Both the position numbers and the translations under genes were made by a program. 64,000 nt of DNA from Clostridia bacterium (GTDB lineage: Bacteria; Bacillota; Clostridia; Oscillospirales; UBA644): the NCBI GenBank assembly GCA_017621705.1, contig JAGASR010000012.1, positions 36,127 to 100,126 of the forward strand. Reading direction: 5' to 3'. Positions 26,891 to 37,482 of the stretch are shown here, one piece after another. The notes below the pieces were generated by a model. It was not told where the DNA came from and did no database searches. It was given only the letters and a program-made list of their open reading frames with translations. Positions within the stretch are counted from its first letter, which is position 1. Each line of letters opens with the position of its first letter.

Positions 26891-29845
26891 TTATTTCTCA
26901 CTTTCGTAGTTTACGGTTATAGTGAAGTTTTTATTTTTGCAAAAATCCAAAAGAACGTCAGAACTGACGATCGTTCCGTTCTGCTCGAAGGAGACAGCCT
27001 GACCGTCAACAAAAACGGATCCGACTTTCTTTTCGCATTCGGTAGTAAAATTTTTAAAACAGACGTTTTCTTCGGCGCGAAGAACGGAAAGATCGAATTT
27101 TTCACCGTATTCGCTCTTTTCATAATCAAGATCGAGCCAGAGTTTCGGAGAAAAAAGAGGAAGATTGAGCGAATTTTCATTGATGTTCGGATCAATACGC
27201 AGAGACCCCGAAACGAGATTCGGAACGAACCCCGAAAGAGCTTCGATGATAAAAAAGCTTGCCGGATTAGTCATATAATACGGAAGCCCCGTTCTGTTGC
27301 CGTCAGCAAAATGAGTAAGAACGATATTCCAAGGAGAGCCGACGGTCGCATCGTAAACTCTTCTGAATACGTCGAGACCCTCGTCGATAAATCCGTAATA
27401 GATCGCAAGACATCCGAAATAAACCTCATCGTACTGAATGAATGTATATCCGTAGCCGTCACGATCGTCTTCGGGAGTTGTCTCGTCGTTCATGAGCTTC
27501 ATGTTGTTGAGAGTTACATTTCGCTCATAGATCGTTCTGATTGCCTGATTGATCATTTCCTTCGGGAAGATATCTCCGAGGCCGAGAAGTTTTGCCGCCC
27601 ATGCGCCTGCGAGCTGGGCAATGAAGCAGTTTTCGCTGACTTTCGCGTTCGGGACATCGTTATAGCTGATAAAATAATTGCCGTACGGATATTTTTCGCA
27701 CCAAAGTTTTTCAATAGCCGATTTCTGTGCACGAATAAACTTTTTTCGGCAATCCTCGGCAAAAGCGAGGTCGTTCATATCTTCAGCCATTTTTTCGCAG
27801 CAACGAAGCTCTGCAAGCCACAAAGAAGCAACAAAAGACGAAGCACCGTACCAATGATAAGTATCGTAAGTTGTGCCGAGACCTGAGCCGACATCGGGAA
27901 TTCCGTCGTCGTCTCTATCAGTGGAAAGTTGGTATTTTACAGCATTTTTACACCGTTCATACATCTCTTCGAGATACGCATATTCGCCGTTATATGTATA
28001 ATCTTTATAGACCTGAATAATAAAAGATGAGCAAAGATCACTCCATGAGCCACCTCGGGGAGTTTCATTAAAAACGCCGAATCCGACATCATGAGATATC
28101 GAGCCGTTTTCGCCCTGATTCAGTGCAAAAAGACGCATTTCCATGCGGTCCAGATCCTTAAAAAAGTTTGTGTAGATACCGTTGCACGCAAGACGCTGAT
28201 CCATCGTTCCAAGACAGCCCATCATACCCGTTGGAGCTTCGTTGATTGAAAAATGCCCTGATTTATCGAACCATGAACAGGTAACAATCGGGAACATATC
28301 ATTTATAAGCTTACCCTTTAACCATTCGGGTAAAGATGACGAGAAGACCGCATTTTTTATTTCTGAGGTTGCGGCGAGAAGCCTGTCCTTATTTTCAGCC
28401 GCATATTCGGCAACTTGTTTTGAAGATGAGAAGAAATTGGAATAATAAACACCGATATTATTTCCCTGATAATCAAAATAGTTCGGCATATTCCAGGCGA
28501 GAATAAAAGTTACAGTCCTTTTCTCTCCGCATAAAAGAGTAAAATCGGAGCAAATTGCACCCGCAATATAACCATACCCGGTTTCGGTGCCGACATAGTC
28601 GGTTTCGGTGAATTTACCGGAAAGAAATTCATTCCAAAACTCTTTACCGTCGCAAGCTTTCCATGATTTTTTCGCACGGCAATTTCTGTCTGTGCAGAGA
28701 ATCGTATAATCACCGATACTCATGAGATTTTCCGACGTCGAATCTATGCCGAAAGTTATGCTGTTTTCAGCGTTCTTTTTCTGATACGTGCCGGTTCTGT
28801 CGCTCCATGTAAAACCCGGATTCCATGTATTCATGACGAAAGAAGAATTACCCTCGTCTTTGCTTTTCAGTCCCATCGAGCCGCCCGTTCCGAGGAGGTT
28901 TTCCCAGGAGAACATCAAAGAAATCTGCTGCTCTTTATCGGTAGGATTTTCAACCGTAAAATCAAAAACGGCGGCAGGAATAACACAGTTTTTTACATCG
29001 TTATTCGGGAGGAACGAATAAGCTTTGAGAGAGATGCCGACGGGTATATCGTTATCCGTAAAGACAAGGTCGGCTGTTGGGAATACACCTTTAAAATCTA
29101 TATTTTCGACCGTAGGAAACGGAAAACCGTTATAATTGACTTTCTGAAGAATGCGTGCGTGGTCTCCGCACTTTACAGCAAAGAAAGAACCATCGGTCTT
29201 ATAAAGGGGAACGTCAAAATTATTATTGACCGTTATGCCGGTAAATACGCCGTCGCTATCAAGTTCTACCTTGCCTGTACCGACACCGCCCAAAGGAACG
29301 CCGTTTCTGCAGCGATTTTCTGCGGCATCCTGATCGGGACGTTCGACAAATCCCTGCTTCATGAGCATTTCAATTCGGTCACGGCGTACGTCATCGGGCT
29401 CTTCTTCGGAAAACTTCATGCCGCTTTCAGCAAATACATCGTCGATATTTCTGCCTTTAATGATCTCAAGACGGTGTTCGTCGGCAACTCCGCAGCGAAT
29501 ATATCCACTGTCACGTGTAACAAGAGCGCCCTCAAAAGTAAAATCAATGTCATCGTTATTCCTGATGATAAGTTCATGCTCGCCTTTAACTACCTGAAAA
29601 CATCCGAACTGTGTCCAACAAACGTCCTCCGTCGGTGCGATAACCATTTTTTCGTAGATAGTTTTTGCATTAACATAAAGGCCGAGTTTTACGTTTCTTT
29701 CTGTTTTACAGCGAAGCCAGACCTCATAGGAAAACTTTCCGTCAAAACATTCAATAAAGCTGAACGCCATCGATTCGCCGGCAGAGAGAGTTACAGTTGG
29801 AGTATTTGCCTTAGGGAAAAGCCAAAGTTGGGTATTCTGTTCCAT
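26891..29845 (-). CDS. GH116 family glycosidase with an extra N-terminal beta-rich domain
   Basis: GVPLGGVGTGKVE, FPTADLVF, PAAVFDFTVEN, FSINE (nucleophile region), TYDTY (acid/base region) and QLAGAW. Confidence 0.85.
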   Translation of the reverse strand: MEQNTQLWLFPKANTPTVTLSAGESMAFSFIECFDGKFSYEVWLRCKTERNVKLGLYVNAKTIYEKMVIAPTEDVCWTQFGCFQVVKGEHELIIRNNDDIDFTFEGALVTRDSGYIRCGVADEHRLEIIKGRNIDDVFAESGMKFSEEEPDDVRRDRIEMLMKQGFVERPDQDAAENRCRNGVPLGGVGTGKVELDSDGVFTGITVNNNFDVPLYKTDGSFFAVKCGDHARILQKVNYNGFPFPTVENIDFKGVFPTADLVFTDNDIPVGISLKAYSFLPNNDVKNCVIPAAVFDFTVENPTDKEQQISLMFSWENLLGTGGSMGLKSKDEGNSSFVMNTWNPGFTWSDRTGTYQKKNAENSITFGIDSTSENLMSIGDYTILCTDRNCRAKKSWKACDGKEFWNEFLSGKFTETDYVGTETGYGYIAGAICSDFTLLCGEKRTVTFILAWNMPNYFDYQGNNIGVYYSNFFSSSKQVAEYAAENKDRLLAATSEIKNAVFSSSLPEWLKGKLINDMFPIVTCSWFDKSGHFSINEAPTGMMGCLGTMDQRLACNGIYTNFFKDLDRMEMRLFALNQGENGSISHDVGFGVFNETPRGGSWSDLCSSFIIQVYKDYTYNGEYAYLEEMYERCKNAVKYQLSTDRDDDGIPDVGSGLGTTYDTYHWYGASSFVASLWLAELRCCEKMAEDMNDLAFAEDCRKKFIRAQKSAIEKLWCEKYPYGNYFISYNDVPNAKVSENCFIAQLAGAWAAKLLGLGDIFPKEMINQAIRTIYERNVTLNNMKLMNDETTPEDDRDGYGYTFIQYDEVYFGCLAIYYGFIDEGLDVFRRVYDATVGSPWNIVLTHFADGNRTGLPYYMTNPASFFIIEALSGFVPNLVSGSLRIDPNINENSLNLPLFSPKLWLDLDYEKSEYGEKFDLSVLRAEENVCFKNFTTECEKKVGSVFVDGQAVSFEQNGTIVSSDVLLDFCKNKNFTITVNYESEK

Positions 29846-29886
29846 AATTATCTCCTCAAAATAAACGATATAAGATTTGGAATAAA

Positions 29887-31635
29887 TTATTCGGTCTCAA
29901 ACTGACTTTCGTAAAGTTTTTTATAGAAGCCGCCGTTTGAAAGAAGCTCTTTGTGAGTGCCTTTTTCGACGATCTTTCCGTTATTCATAACAAGGATAAG
30001 ATCGGCCTTTGTTATTGTGGAAAGACGGTGAGCGACTACAAAGCTCGTCCTGCCTTCGGTCATTGAGTCGAACGCTCTGCGGATACGGAGTTCTGTCATC
30101 GTGTCTATCGAAGACGTTGCTTCGTCAAGAATGAGCATCGGGGGAAGAGAGAGCATTACACGACTGATACAGAGGAGCTGTTTTTGCCCCTGAGAAAGAT
30201 TGCCGCCGTCCTCTTTGATGACGGTATCGTAGCCATGCTCAAGACCCGAAATAAAGCTGTCGGCATAAGCTCTCGTCGCGGCGTTAACGATATCCTCACG
30301 TGAAACGTTGGTTCTGCCGTATGCGATATTTTCGGCGACCGTGCCGTTTTTGAGCCATGTATCCTGCAGAACCATGCCGAAACTACGGCGGTGGGAATTG
30401 AGATCGAGGTCGGTGACGGGAGTTCCGTCGATATTAAGCGAGCCGTCGGTGACATCGTAAAAACGCATAAGGAGATTGATGAGCGTTGTTTTACCGCAGC
30501 CGGTGGGACCGACGATAGCAATCATTTTGCCGCTCGGAACGGTGAGGCTGAAATTTTCGATAAGCGGTTTTTCGGGAGAATAGGAAAATGAAATATCGGA
30601 AAATTCGATATTTCCGCCTTTTTCGGAGATTTTTTCGCCCGAGATCGAGGATTCGACGGAAGTTTCGTCGAGGATATTGAAAATACGTGCGGCTGATGCC
30701 TTTGCGCCGACGAATTCGGCAATAACGCCCGAAATTTCGTTGAAAGGCTTGGTATACTGATTTGCGTACGTTAAAAAGCACGAAAGCTGACCGACGGAAA
30801 TATTGCCGTTGATCGCAGAGAAAGCGCCGAGGATACCGACTGCCGCATAGACCGCATTATTGACAAAGCGGGTTGCGGGGTTCGTAATCGACGAGAAAAA
30901 CAGCGCGCGTACGCCGCAGGCACGGAGATCTTCGCCGACGGTTTCGATCTTTTCGCTGAATTCTTCGGAATGGTCAAAAAGGTTTACGGTTTTTGCGCCG
31001 CCGACAGATTCTTCGATAAGGGCAGTCATTTTGCCGCGAATTTCGGACTGCTTCTGGAACATGGAATATGTATTTTTAGCGATAAAAGAAGCGACGAAAA
31101 GCGAAAGCGGAGTAAAGACGATGACGATAAAAGTGATACCGACATTGATCGAAAACATAAATCCGATAGTTGCAACGATCGTGAGAAGACCCGTAAACAA
31201 CTGCGAAAAGCCCATAAGAAGACCGTCGGAAAGCTGTTCGACATCGGTAATTACACGGGAAATAAGGTCGCCGTGGGGATGAGAATCGATAAATCCGACC
31301 GAAAGATCCGTAATTTTCGAAAAGAGATCTTTGCGGAGCTTCTGAACGGTGCGGTAGGAGATGATATTCGTAAGATGCGTCATTATCCACTGAAAAAGCG
31401 ATGCGAAAACGACGACAAGACCGTACATTACGGCAAATTTTGCGACTGCATCGAAATCGACTGCCCCCTGCCCTACCATTTCGTCAACCGCATAGCCCGA
31501 AATGATCGGCGCAAGAAGCGAAAGCGCAACGTATGCCGCGGCAAAGATCAGGGAGAAGACAAGGTGGAGCCTGTACGGCAAAATGAGGGAGATTATGCGG
31601 CGGAGGGTGTTATCTTTAACTTTATTATTTTTCAT
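29887..31635 (-). CDS. ABC exporter, fused permease/ATPase (heterodimer subunit B)
   Basis: Six-TM N-terminus; GPTGCGKTT, LSQGQKQL, ILDEATSSID and AHRLST. Confidence 0.93.
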   Translation of the reverse strand: MKNNKVKDNTLRRIISLILPYRLHLVFSLIFAAAYVALSLLAPIISGYAVDEMVGQGAVDFDAVAKFAVMYGLVVVFASLFQWIMTHLTNIISYRTVQKLRKDLFSKITDLSVGFIDSHPHGDLISRVITDVEQLSDGLLMGFSQLFTGLLTIVATIGFMFSINVGITFIVIVFTPLSLFVASFIAKNTYSMFQKQSEIRGKMTALIEESVGGAKTVNLFDHSEEFSEKIETVGEDLRACGVRALFFSSITNPATRFVNNAVYAAVGILGAFSAINGNISVGQLSCFLTYANQYTKPFNEISGVIAEFVGAKASAARIFNILDETSVESSISGEKISEKGGNIEFSDISFSYSPEKPLIENFSLTVPSGKMIAIVGPTGCGKTTLINLLMRFYDVTDGSLNIDGTPVTDLDLNSHRRSFGMVLQDTWLKNGTVAENIAYGRTNVSREDIVNAATRAYADSFISGLEHGYDTVIKEDGGNLSQGQKQLLCISRVMLSLPPMLILDEATSSIDTMTELRIRRAFDSMTEGRTSFVVAHRLSTITKADLILVMNNGKIVEKGTHKELLSNGGFYKKLYESQFETE

Positions 31636-33337
31636 TTTGCACCTCCTGAGTCTGAGATGCGCAGATCTCGGCATAGACGGGGCAAGTTTTAAGAAGCGAT
31701 TCGTGAGTGCCCGTGCCGACGATACGTCCGCCGTCCAAAACGAGGATCATATCGGCTTTTTTCACGGCAAAAATGCGCTGAGAAACGATAAAAACGGTCT
31801 TATTATCGGGAAGTGCCGCAATGGATTTACGCAATGCGGCATCGGTCGCATAGTCGAGAGCAGATGCGCTGTCGTCAAGGACGAGGACTTCAGACTTTCC
31901 GACGAGTGCGCGTGCGATAGTGAGTCTCTGACGCTGACCGCCGGAAAGATTTGAGCCTGCCTTTGCAACGGGTCGATCAAGGTCGCCTGCGATAAATTCG
32001 GAAGCCTGCGCAATATCGAGAGCCTTGAAAAGCTCTTCGTCGGTGGCTTTTTCATCGCGCCAGAGAAGATTCTGTCTGACCGTTCCCGAAAAAAGTGCAG
32101 GTTTCTGCGGAACTGCGGAGAATGCCGCGCGGAGGCTCTTGAACGTAAACGATCTGATATTTTCGCCGTTTACGAGTACGGAGCCGCTTCGAGGATCAAC
32201 TTCTCTCAGAAGGAGCGAAACGAGTGTCGATTTACCCGAACCCGTACCGCCGACGATGCCGACCGTCATGCCTTTTTCGATCTTGAAAGAGAGGTTTTCG
32301 ACAGCATCGAGAGAAGCGCCGGGATATTTATAAGAAACATTGTCAAATGCGATATTATCAACGCTTTCGAGAACTTTTTCGCCTTCGGTAACTGACGGGC
32401 TGACAGCGAAGATCTCGTTGATTCTTGCGGCGGAAGCGGTGGATTTTGTTATCATAACGACGAGATTTGCGAGAGCGAGAAGAGCGATGAGGATCTGCGT
32501 CATATAATTGAGAAGAGCGATGATCTGCCCCTGGGTTATAGCCCCCGAATCGACGTTAAACGCACCGAACCACATAAGCAGAGCAGCGGCAAGGTTGATA
32601 ACGGAAAACGAAAGCGGATTTAAAAGCGCTGAAATCTTACCCGAAACGATCTGGGAAGAATAGAGATCTTCGGCGGCAACGTTAAATTCCTGCTTTTCCG
32701 TCTCCTGCGCGGAGAAAGAGCGGACGACACGCGCGCCGGTAAGGTTTTCGCGTGTTTTGACGGTGATTCTGTCGAGATTTTTACGTGTTTTTGAATAAAG
32801 CGGAAGAAGTCTGCTCATTATCAGCCAGACCGTAAAAGAAAGAATAATAACGGCGACAAGGAAAATGAGCGATAATTTAACGTCTATCATAAACGATGCG
32901 ACGACCGCGCCGACAACTATAAACGGAGAGCGCAGAAGCAGACGGAGGATAAGGTTTACGCCCGACTGGGTCTGGATAACATCCGCTCCGAGCCTTGTTA
33001 TAAGGGTCGAGGTTCCGAATCTGTCGAGTTCGGTCGCGGAAAAGGTGGCGATATGTTTATAGAGATCGTTGCGGAGAGCCGTTCCGAACGCCATTGATGC
33101 TTTTGCGGCAAAAAACTGGGCGGTAAGTGCGCAGACAAAGCCGAGAAGACCGAGGCCGACGACGATAGCACCCGAGCGAAGAACGTATTCTTTATCGGCA
33201 TTTTTTATACCAACATCTATCATATTTGCCATTATTATAGGCACTGTAAGCTCAAAGCACGCTTCAAGGAATTTGAAAAGAGGTCCGAAGATGCTTTCGA
33301 GCAGGTGTTTTTTCAGATAACGAAGAAGTTTTATCAT
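31625..33337 (-). CDS. ABC exporter, fused permease/ATPase (heterodimer subunit A, degenerate site)
   Basis: GGTGSGKST, LSGGQRQRL, VLDDSASALD and SQRI. Confidence 0.93.
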   Translation of the reverse strand: MIKLLRYLKKHLLESIFGPLFKFLEACFELTVPIIMANMIDVGIKNADKEYVLRSGAIVVGLGLLGFVCALTAQFFAAKASMAFGTALRNDLYKHIATFSATELDRFGTSTLITRLGADVIQTQSGVNLILRLLLRSPFIVVGAVVASFMIDVKLSLIFLVAVIILSFTVWLIMSRLLPLYSKTRKNLDRITVKTRENLTGARVVRSFSAQETEKQEFNVAAEDLYSSQIVSGKISALLNPLSFSVINLAAALLMWFGAFNVDSGAITQGQIIALLNYMTQILIALLALANLVVMITKSTASAARINEIFAVSPSVTEGEKVLESVDNIAFDNVSYKYPGASLDAVENLSFKIEKGMTVGIVGGTGSGKSTLVSLLLREVDPRSGSVLVNGENIRSFTFKSLRAAFSAVPQKPALFSGTVRQNLLWRDEKATDEELFKALDIAQASEFIAGDLDRPVAKAGSNLSGGQRQRLTIARALVGKSEVLVLDDSASALDYATDAALRKSIAALPDNKTVFIVSQRIFAVKKADMILVLDGGRIVGTGTHESLLKTCPVYAEICASQTQEVQNEK

Positions 33338-33594
33338 AAAAAACGGTTTCCTTTCGATCATTCTGAACGGAATAAACATATATCTTTTTCCGATTAAAAA
33401 CATTATAACATAAATCATATAAAATTTCAATGATATTAAAGAAAATATTGACACTTTTAAACATTTGTGCATAATACTGTTTTCGGACTGCAAAAAAACC
33501 AATATTTTAGTTATAAATAACATAAAATAATTCTTGAAATATTATCCAAGATATGATATAATAAAAAAAAGACAAAGAACGGAGACCCGAAAAA

Positions 33595-34329
33595 ATGCCC
33601 CCCGAACTTCATACATTGCCGCTGGCGCTGTCATTTTTCGAAGCGGCGATACTTTTTTTGATCGTTGTTGCGATAATAACGGCGATAATATGCTTTATCG
33701 TTTTCCCGTTACTTAGATATATAGTTGTTAGAATATTTCTGTTTATCAGATGCATTTTCTGCAATGCGAAATTCGCAAAAGTCGGACTTCCCGGCTTTCT
33801 GATCCCTCATTTCTGGAACCATAAGCCCGACTTTATGCTTCTTTCAGGCAATAAGCTTTACATAATCAAGCTTAAAAGCTACAGAAAGACAAAAGCGACC
33901 GTTATGTTCACCTCACCGTCGACTTGGCACGTATCCGACCACAGAGGTCTTGCGCCGACCGAAAACGAAGGTATTATCGATCAACTGACGATGGCGTTCC
34001 ATAAATTCACGGTCAACAAACGAAAGAAAAAGTCGCCCGTAGGGCTCGTAAAATATGCAGCATCGATAAATTACGCATTAAAAGACAGCCCGATAGACTG
34101 CGTGCCCGTCGTGATGTTCAACCCGTCGCTTAAAGAAGTGCGCACGGTAAGCAACATTGACCTTATCGACGGAGACACGATACATTACGGCATAGTAATA
34201 GCAAATCATTTCTTCCCGTCGAAGCCGGAAAAATGTGCCGTTTCCGGAAAAGAGGCGCGTAAAATATTCAGAACTGCGCGCCGCGCGATGAGAAAAAAGC
34301 ATTATGTCGAGATGAAGAAAGGATTTTAA
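33595..34329 (+). CDS. Hypothetical membrane-anchored protein with a NERD/PD-(D/E)xK-like segment
   Basis: N-terminal hydrophobic helix; KPDFMLLSGNKLYIIKLKSY resembles the NERD core with Lys at the usual Glu position. Confidence 0.55.
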   Translation: MPPELHTLPLALSFFEAAILFLIVVAIITAIICFIVFPLLRYIVVRIFLFIRCIFCNAKFAKVGLPGFLIPHFWNHKPDFMLLSGNKLYIIKLKSYRKTKATVMFTSPSTWHVSDHRGLAPTENEGIIDQLTMAFHKFTVNKRKKKSPVGLVKYAASINYALKDSPIDCVPVVMFNPSLKEVRTVSNIDLIDGDTIHYGIVIANHFFPSKPEKCAVSGKEARKIFRTARRAMRKKHYVEMKKGF

Positions 34330-34332
34330 CCG

Positions 34333-35898
34333 ATGAAATTATTTTTCGACCCGATAAAAGCTCAACCTCAGGCAAAGCCGCTTGACTATTGCGTTGCGGT
34401 TGATATGCAGCTTGAAGAGTTGCTGAATGCGTTCCTGTCGTCAAAAGAGCAGGAAGAAGCGACGCTCGAGATAATCAACCAGTTCTGCAGCGATCCCGAG
34501 ATCATCTCGTACCGTGCGGATATTATCGAAGATCTTACGAAAAACGACGAGCTCTTCGATCTCTTCTGCGAACTGCGTTCCGACCTCTGGGAACTTTCGC
34601 TTCTTTACGAACTTAAAATGTTCAAAAACGTCCCCGAAATGGTGACGATGAAAACGTTCCTTATAATCGAAAGATTTACCGAGATCTATCAGAAATTCAT
34701 GGCAGGCGCCGAAAAGATCGATAAAAAATCGCTTTCCACCCCCATTGTAAAGATCCTTTCCGATACTTGCTCCAAAGAAAAGAGAGCAGAGCTCGATAAG
34801 ATCGTCAAAGATATGGGCGGCCTTCGTGCAAGCCTCGAAACGATCGGCGAGATCCGTCTCAACAGATATTTCTCCCGCGGTCAGAATATCGAAAACAGTC
34901 TTATTCCCAAAACAGAAGATGTTTCAATGACGAAAAACATTGCAAATATCTGCGAACGTCTCGGCATCGATACGAGCGAAGCGTATGCGCCCGCAATCCA
35001 TCAGCCGAGAGAATTCTCAAGACCCGTATTCAAAGCTCTCTACACACTTTACTACGATATTTTCAAGAACATCGACGCTTTCCACGAAAGCTACAAGGAT
35101 GTTTTCGACACAGCATGGCTCGACCTTGTAAAGAAGCTTGACGCAGTCATCGGTTTTGCGAGAATTTTCAGAGAGATCGCACAGAAAGGCTTCAGAAGCG
35201 TAAAAGCGGAAGTCGCAGAAAAGACAGACATCGCAGATTTCTACAGCCTCTTCCTCGTCAAGAGAGGTCTTGCGCCCGATCAGGTTATTTATAACGATTA
35301 CGTTTACGGAGAAAGCTCCTTCTTCTTCATTACAGGTCCGAACGCAGGCGGTAAGACGATATTCCTTTCCGCAGTCGGTCTTTGCCAGCTCTTCTTCCAG
35401 GCTTGCGGCCACGTTCCCGCAAGAAAAGCGAAGATCAAGATAATGAAGAGAATGTTTACTCACTTCCCCGTCGAAGAATACAACGACAACTCCGGCCGAC
35501 TCGTCGAAGAACAGGGCCGTGTCGAAAGAATATTCAGAGATATCACGGACGGACAGAGCCTCGCACTCTTCAACGAAACATATTCTTCAACTAAAGCGGA
35601 TATTGCATATAAACTCTCCGTTGAGCTCGTCGATAAAGTTCTCGAACACGATGTTTCGGGTCTTTTCGTAACGCATCTTCACAGTCTTAAAGACTATGCG
35701 GCAGAGACAAAGAGCAGACCGCACTGCGCAGGCGTTCTTACAGCGCTTAACGATGAAAAGACAGGTAAGAGACTTTATAAGATCGTACCGCTCAGCACCC
35801 AGAACTCTTCGTTTGCAAAAGATATTCTTTCAAAATACGATATGACCGTCGAGCAGATGCTCGAAAGACTTAAAAAGAAGAAGGAGGAAGACCGATAA
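34333..35898 (+). CDS. MutS-related ATPase (domain V, no mismatch-recognition domain), subunit 1
   Basis: ITGPNAGGKT, FTHFPVEE, GRLVEE, LFNETYSST and FVTHLH. Confidence 0.85.
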   Translation: MKLFFDPIKAQPQAKPLDYCVAVDMQLEELLNAFLSSKEQEEATLEIINQFCSDPEIISYRADIIEDLTKNDELFDLFCELRSDLWELSLLYELKMFKNVPEMVTMKTFLIIERFTEIYQKFMAGAEKIDKKSLSTPIVKILSDTCSKEKRAELDKIVKDMGGLRASLETIGEIRLNRYFSRGQNIENSLIPKTEDVSMTKNIANICERLGIDTSEAYAPAIHQPREFSRPVFKALYTLYYDIFKNIDAFHESYKDVFDTAWLDLVKKLDAVIGFARIFREIAQKGFRSVKAEVAEKTDIADFYSLFLVKRGLAPDQVIYNDYVYGESSFFFITGPNAGGKTIFLSAVGLCQLFFQACGHVPARKAKIKIMKRMFTHFPVEEYNDNSGRLVEEQGRVERIFRDITDGQSLALFNETYSSTKADIAYKLSVELVDKVLEHDVSGLFVTHLHSLKDYAAETKSRPHCAGVLTALNDEKTGKRLYKIVPLSTQNSSFAKDILSKYDMTVEQMLERLKKKKEEDR

Positions 35899-37424
35899 TG
35901 TATCCCGAATTTGACCTTCTTTACAAAAATCCGTCAAAGACCGAATCGTCAAAACAGCTTGAAATGTCAATGAAGAGCCTTCTTCTCGACGAAGTTGTAA
36001 ACGGCGTAACGGTAGATATAATCCTTCAGAAAAAAGTTTTTGCGCTCCTCAGCCATCCCGAGCAGGACGTTGCAAACCTTATATGGAGAAAAGAGATCCT
36101 CGAAGACTTCAGAAGAAACGGTTCTCTTCTCCGAGAATTCGAGCTCATCGAAAAACTCAACCTTAAACTTGAAGAGTCACTGAAGATCGTTAAAACATCT
36201 GCGGCATCCGTCATAACAACGACCGGCGGCAGATCGACGACTTCCGACAGAGAATCCTCGATCTTTACCGTGCAGACCCTTGCGGACTGTATTTTAAAGA
36301 TCCTTGAGATCTACGAACAGTATAACAAAACATTCGCAAAGAAAGATCTTCGCTCCGAATTTATGATAAACATGAGTAAATTCGTCAAGGAGCAGGTTGA
36401 AAATCCTGCATTCAACGAGCTGAAAGCCGTTGCGGCAGATCTTGCGGAATCGCTCAACCTCAACACTTCTTTCGTTATTCTCACAAAACTCGATAAATAC
36501 GTCAGAATGTGCGACTGCGAAATGTTCAAGCTCTCGTCAGACCCGTACAGCTACGAACAGCAATCTCCCCCGATGAGAGACAAGGATAAGATGGTAATTT
36601 CCATCGGTTTTGATGTTGAATCCGATCAGCAGCTCCAGTCTCTCGCTGAAAGAAGCATGATAAAACTCGTTTCTTTCATGCAGTCGATCACTTATCAGCT
36701 CAAAAAGCCGTTCGACAAGATCCGCGACGGTTTCTATTTCTACGATTTTGCGGCAATTCTCGAGCGTACATACGAACGTCTCGGTCTTCCGCAGTGCACG
36801 CCCGAGTTCTGCACCGAGGGCAACAGATTTGAATGTAAAAATATTTACGACCTCTGGTTCTCACTCAAGCAGGCTCAGAAGAACAAGAACGAACGTCCCG
36901 GTGATGTTCTCGTTCCGAATGATGCAATCTTTGATAAAGACTGCGCGGCATATATCATCACGGGTAAAAACAACGCAGGTAAGACCGTTTTCCTGCGCGC
37001 TGTCGGTATAATCCAGCTTCTCGGTCAGGCGGCACTGCCCGTACCCTGTACAGAAGCAATAATCACCCCTGTTGCAGGCGTTTATGCTTACTTTACGGCT
37101 CTTGATATCGGTCAGGGTCGTTTTGAAGAAGAAGTTGAAACGGTTTCCGGCTTCCTTGATACACTCAAACCGAACGATATGCTTCTTTTCAACGAAGTTT
37201 ATCAGTCAACATCTTTCGACGAAGCGGCTATCGCGCTCAGCGAATTTATCTCTATCGCGGCTCTTTACAAGGCGAGAGTCATTTCCGTTACGCATCTTCC
37301 CGATATGAAAAAGCATCTCGGCGATCTTCAGGAAAAGCTCGGCTTTGAGGGTACTGTACTTTACGCGAAAGCGGAAGAAAAAGACGGCGTAAGCACGCAC
37401 AGATTTATACCCGATATGGAATAA
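35898..37424 (+). CDS. MutS-related ATPase, subunit 2
   Basis: ITGKNNAGKT, GRFEEE, LFNEVYQST and SVTHLP; TAATG overlap with subunit 1. Confidence 0.85.
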   Translation: MYPEFDLLYKNPSKTESSKQLEMSMKSLLLDEVVNGVTVDIILQKKVFALLSHPEQDVANLIWRKEILEDFRRNGSLLREFELIEKLNLKLEESLKIVKTSAASVITTTGGRSTTSDRESSIFTVQTLADCILKILEIYEQYNKTFAKKDLRSEFMINMSKFVKEQVENPAFNELKAVAADLAESLNLNTSFVILTKLDKYVRMCDCEMFKLSSDPYSYEQQSPPMRDKDKMVISIGFDVESDQQLQSLAERSMIKLVSFMQSITYQLKKPFDKIRDGFYFYDFAAILERTYERLGLPQCTPEFCTEGNRFECKNIYDLWFSLKQAQKNKNERPGDVLVPNDAIFDKDCAAYIITGKNNAGKTVFLRAVGIIQLLGQAALPVPCTEAIITPVAGVYAYFTALDIGQGRFEEEVETVSGFLDTLKPNDMLLFNEVYQSTSFDEAAIALSEFISIAALYKARVISVTHLPDMKKHLGDLQEKLGFEGTVLYAKAEEKDGVSTHRFIPDME

Positions 37425-37482
37425 TTTCACGGCTATCGGGTAAAATGTAAAAGTAAAAAACATATAATATGGAGGATAATCT

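Noticed and set aside
25592-27886. 764-aa plus-strand ORF, and other long shadow ORFs (22685-24139, 59504-61081, 11334-12671, 19078-20241, 54489-55472, 61942-62979)
   Set aside because: They lie antisense to well-supported genes, have no recognisable motifs, and are explained by codon bias leaving the reverse frame stop-poor.
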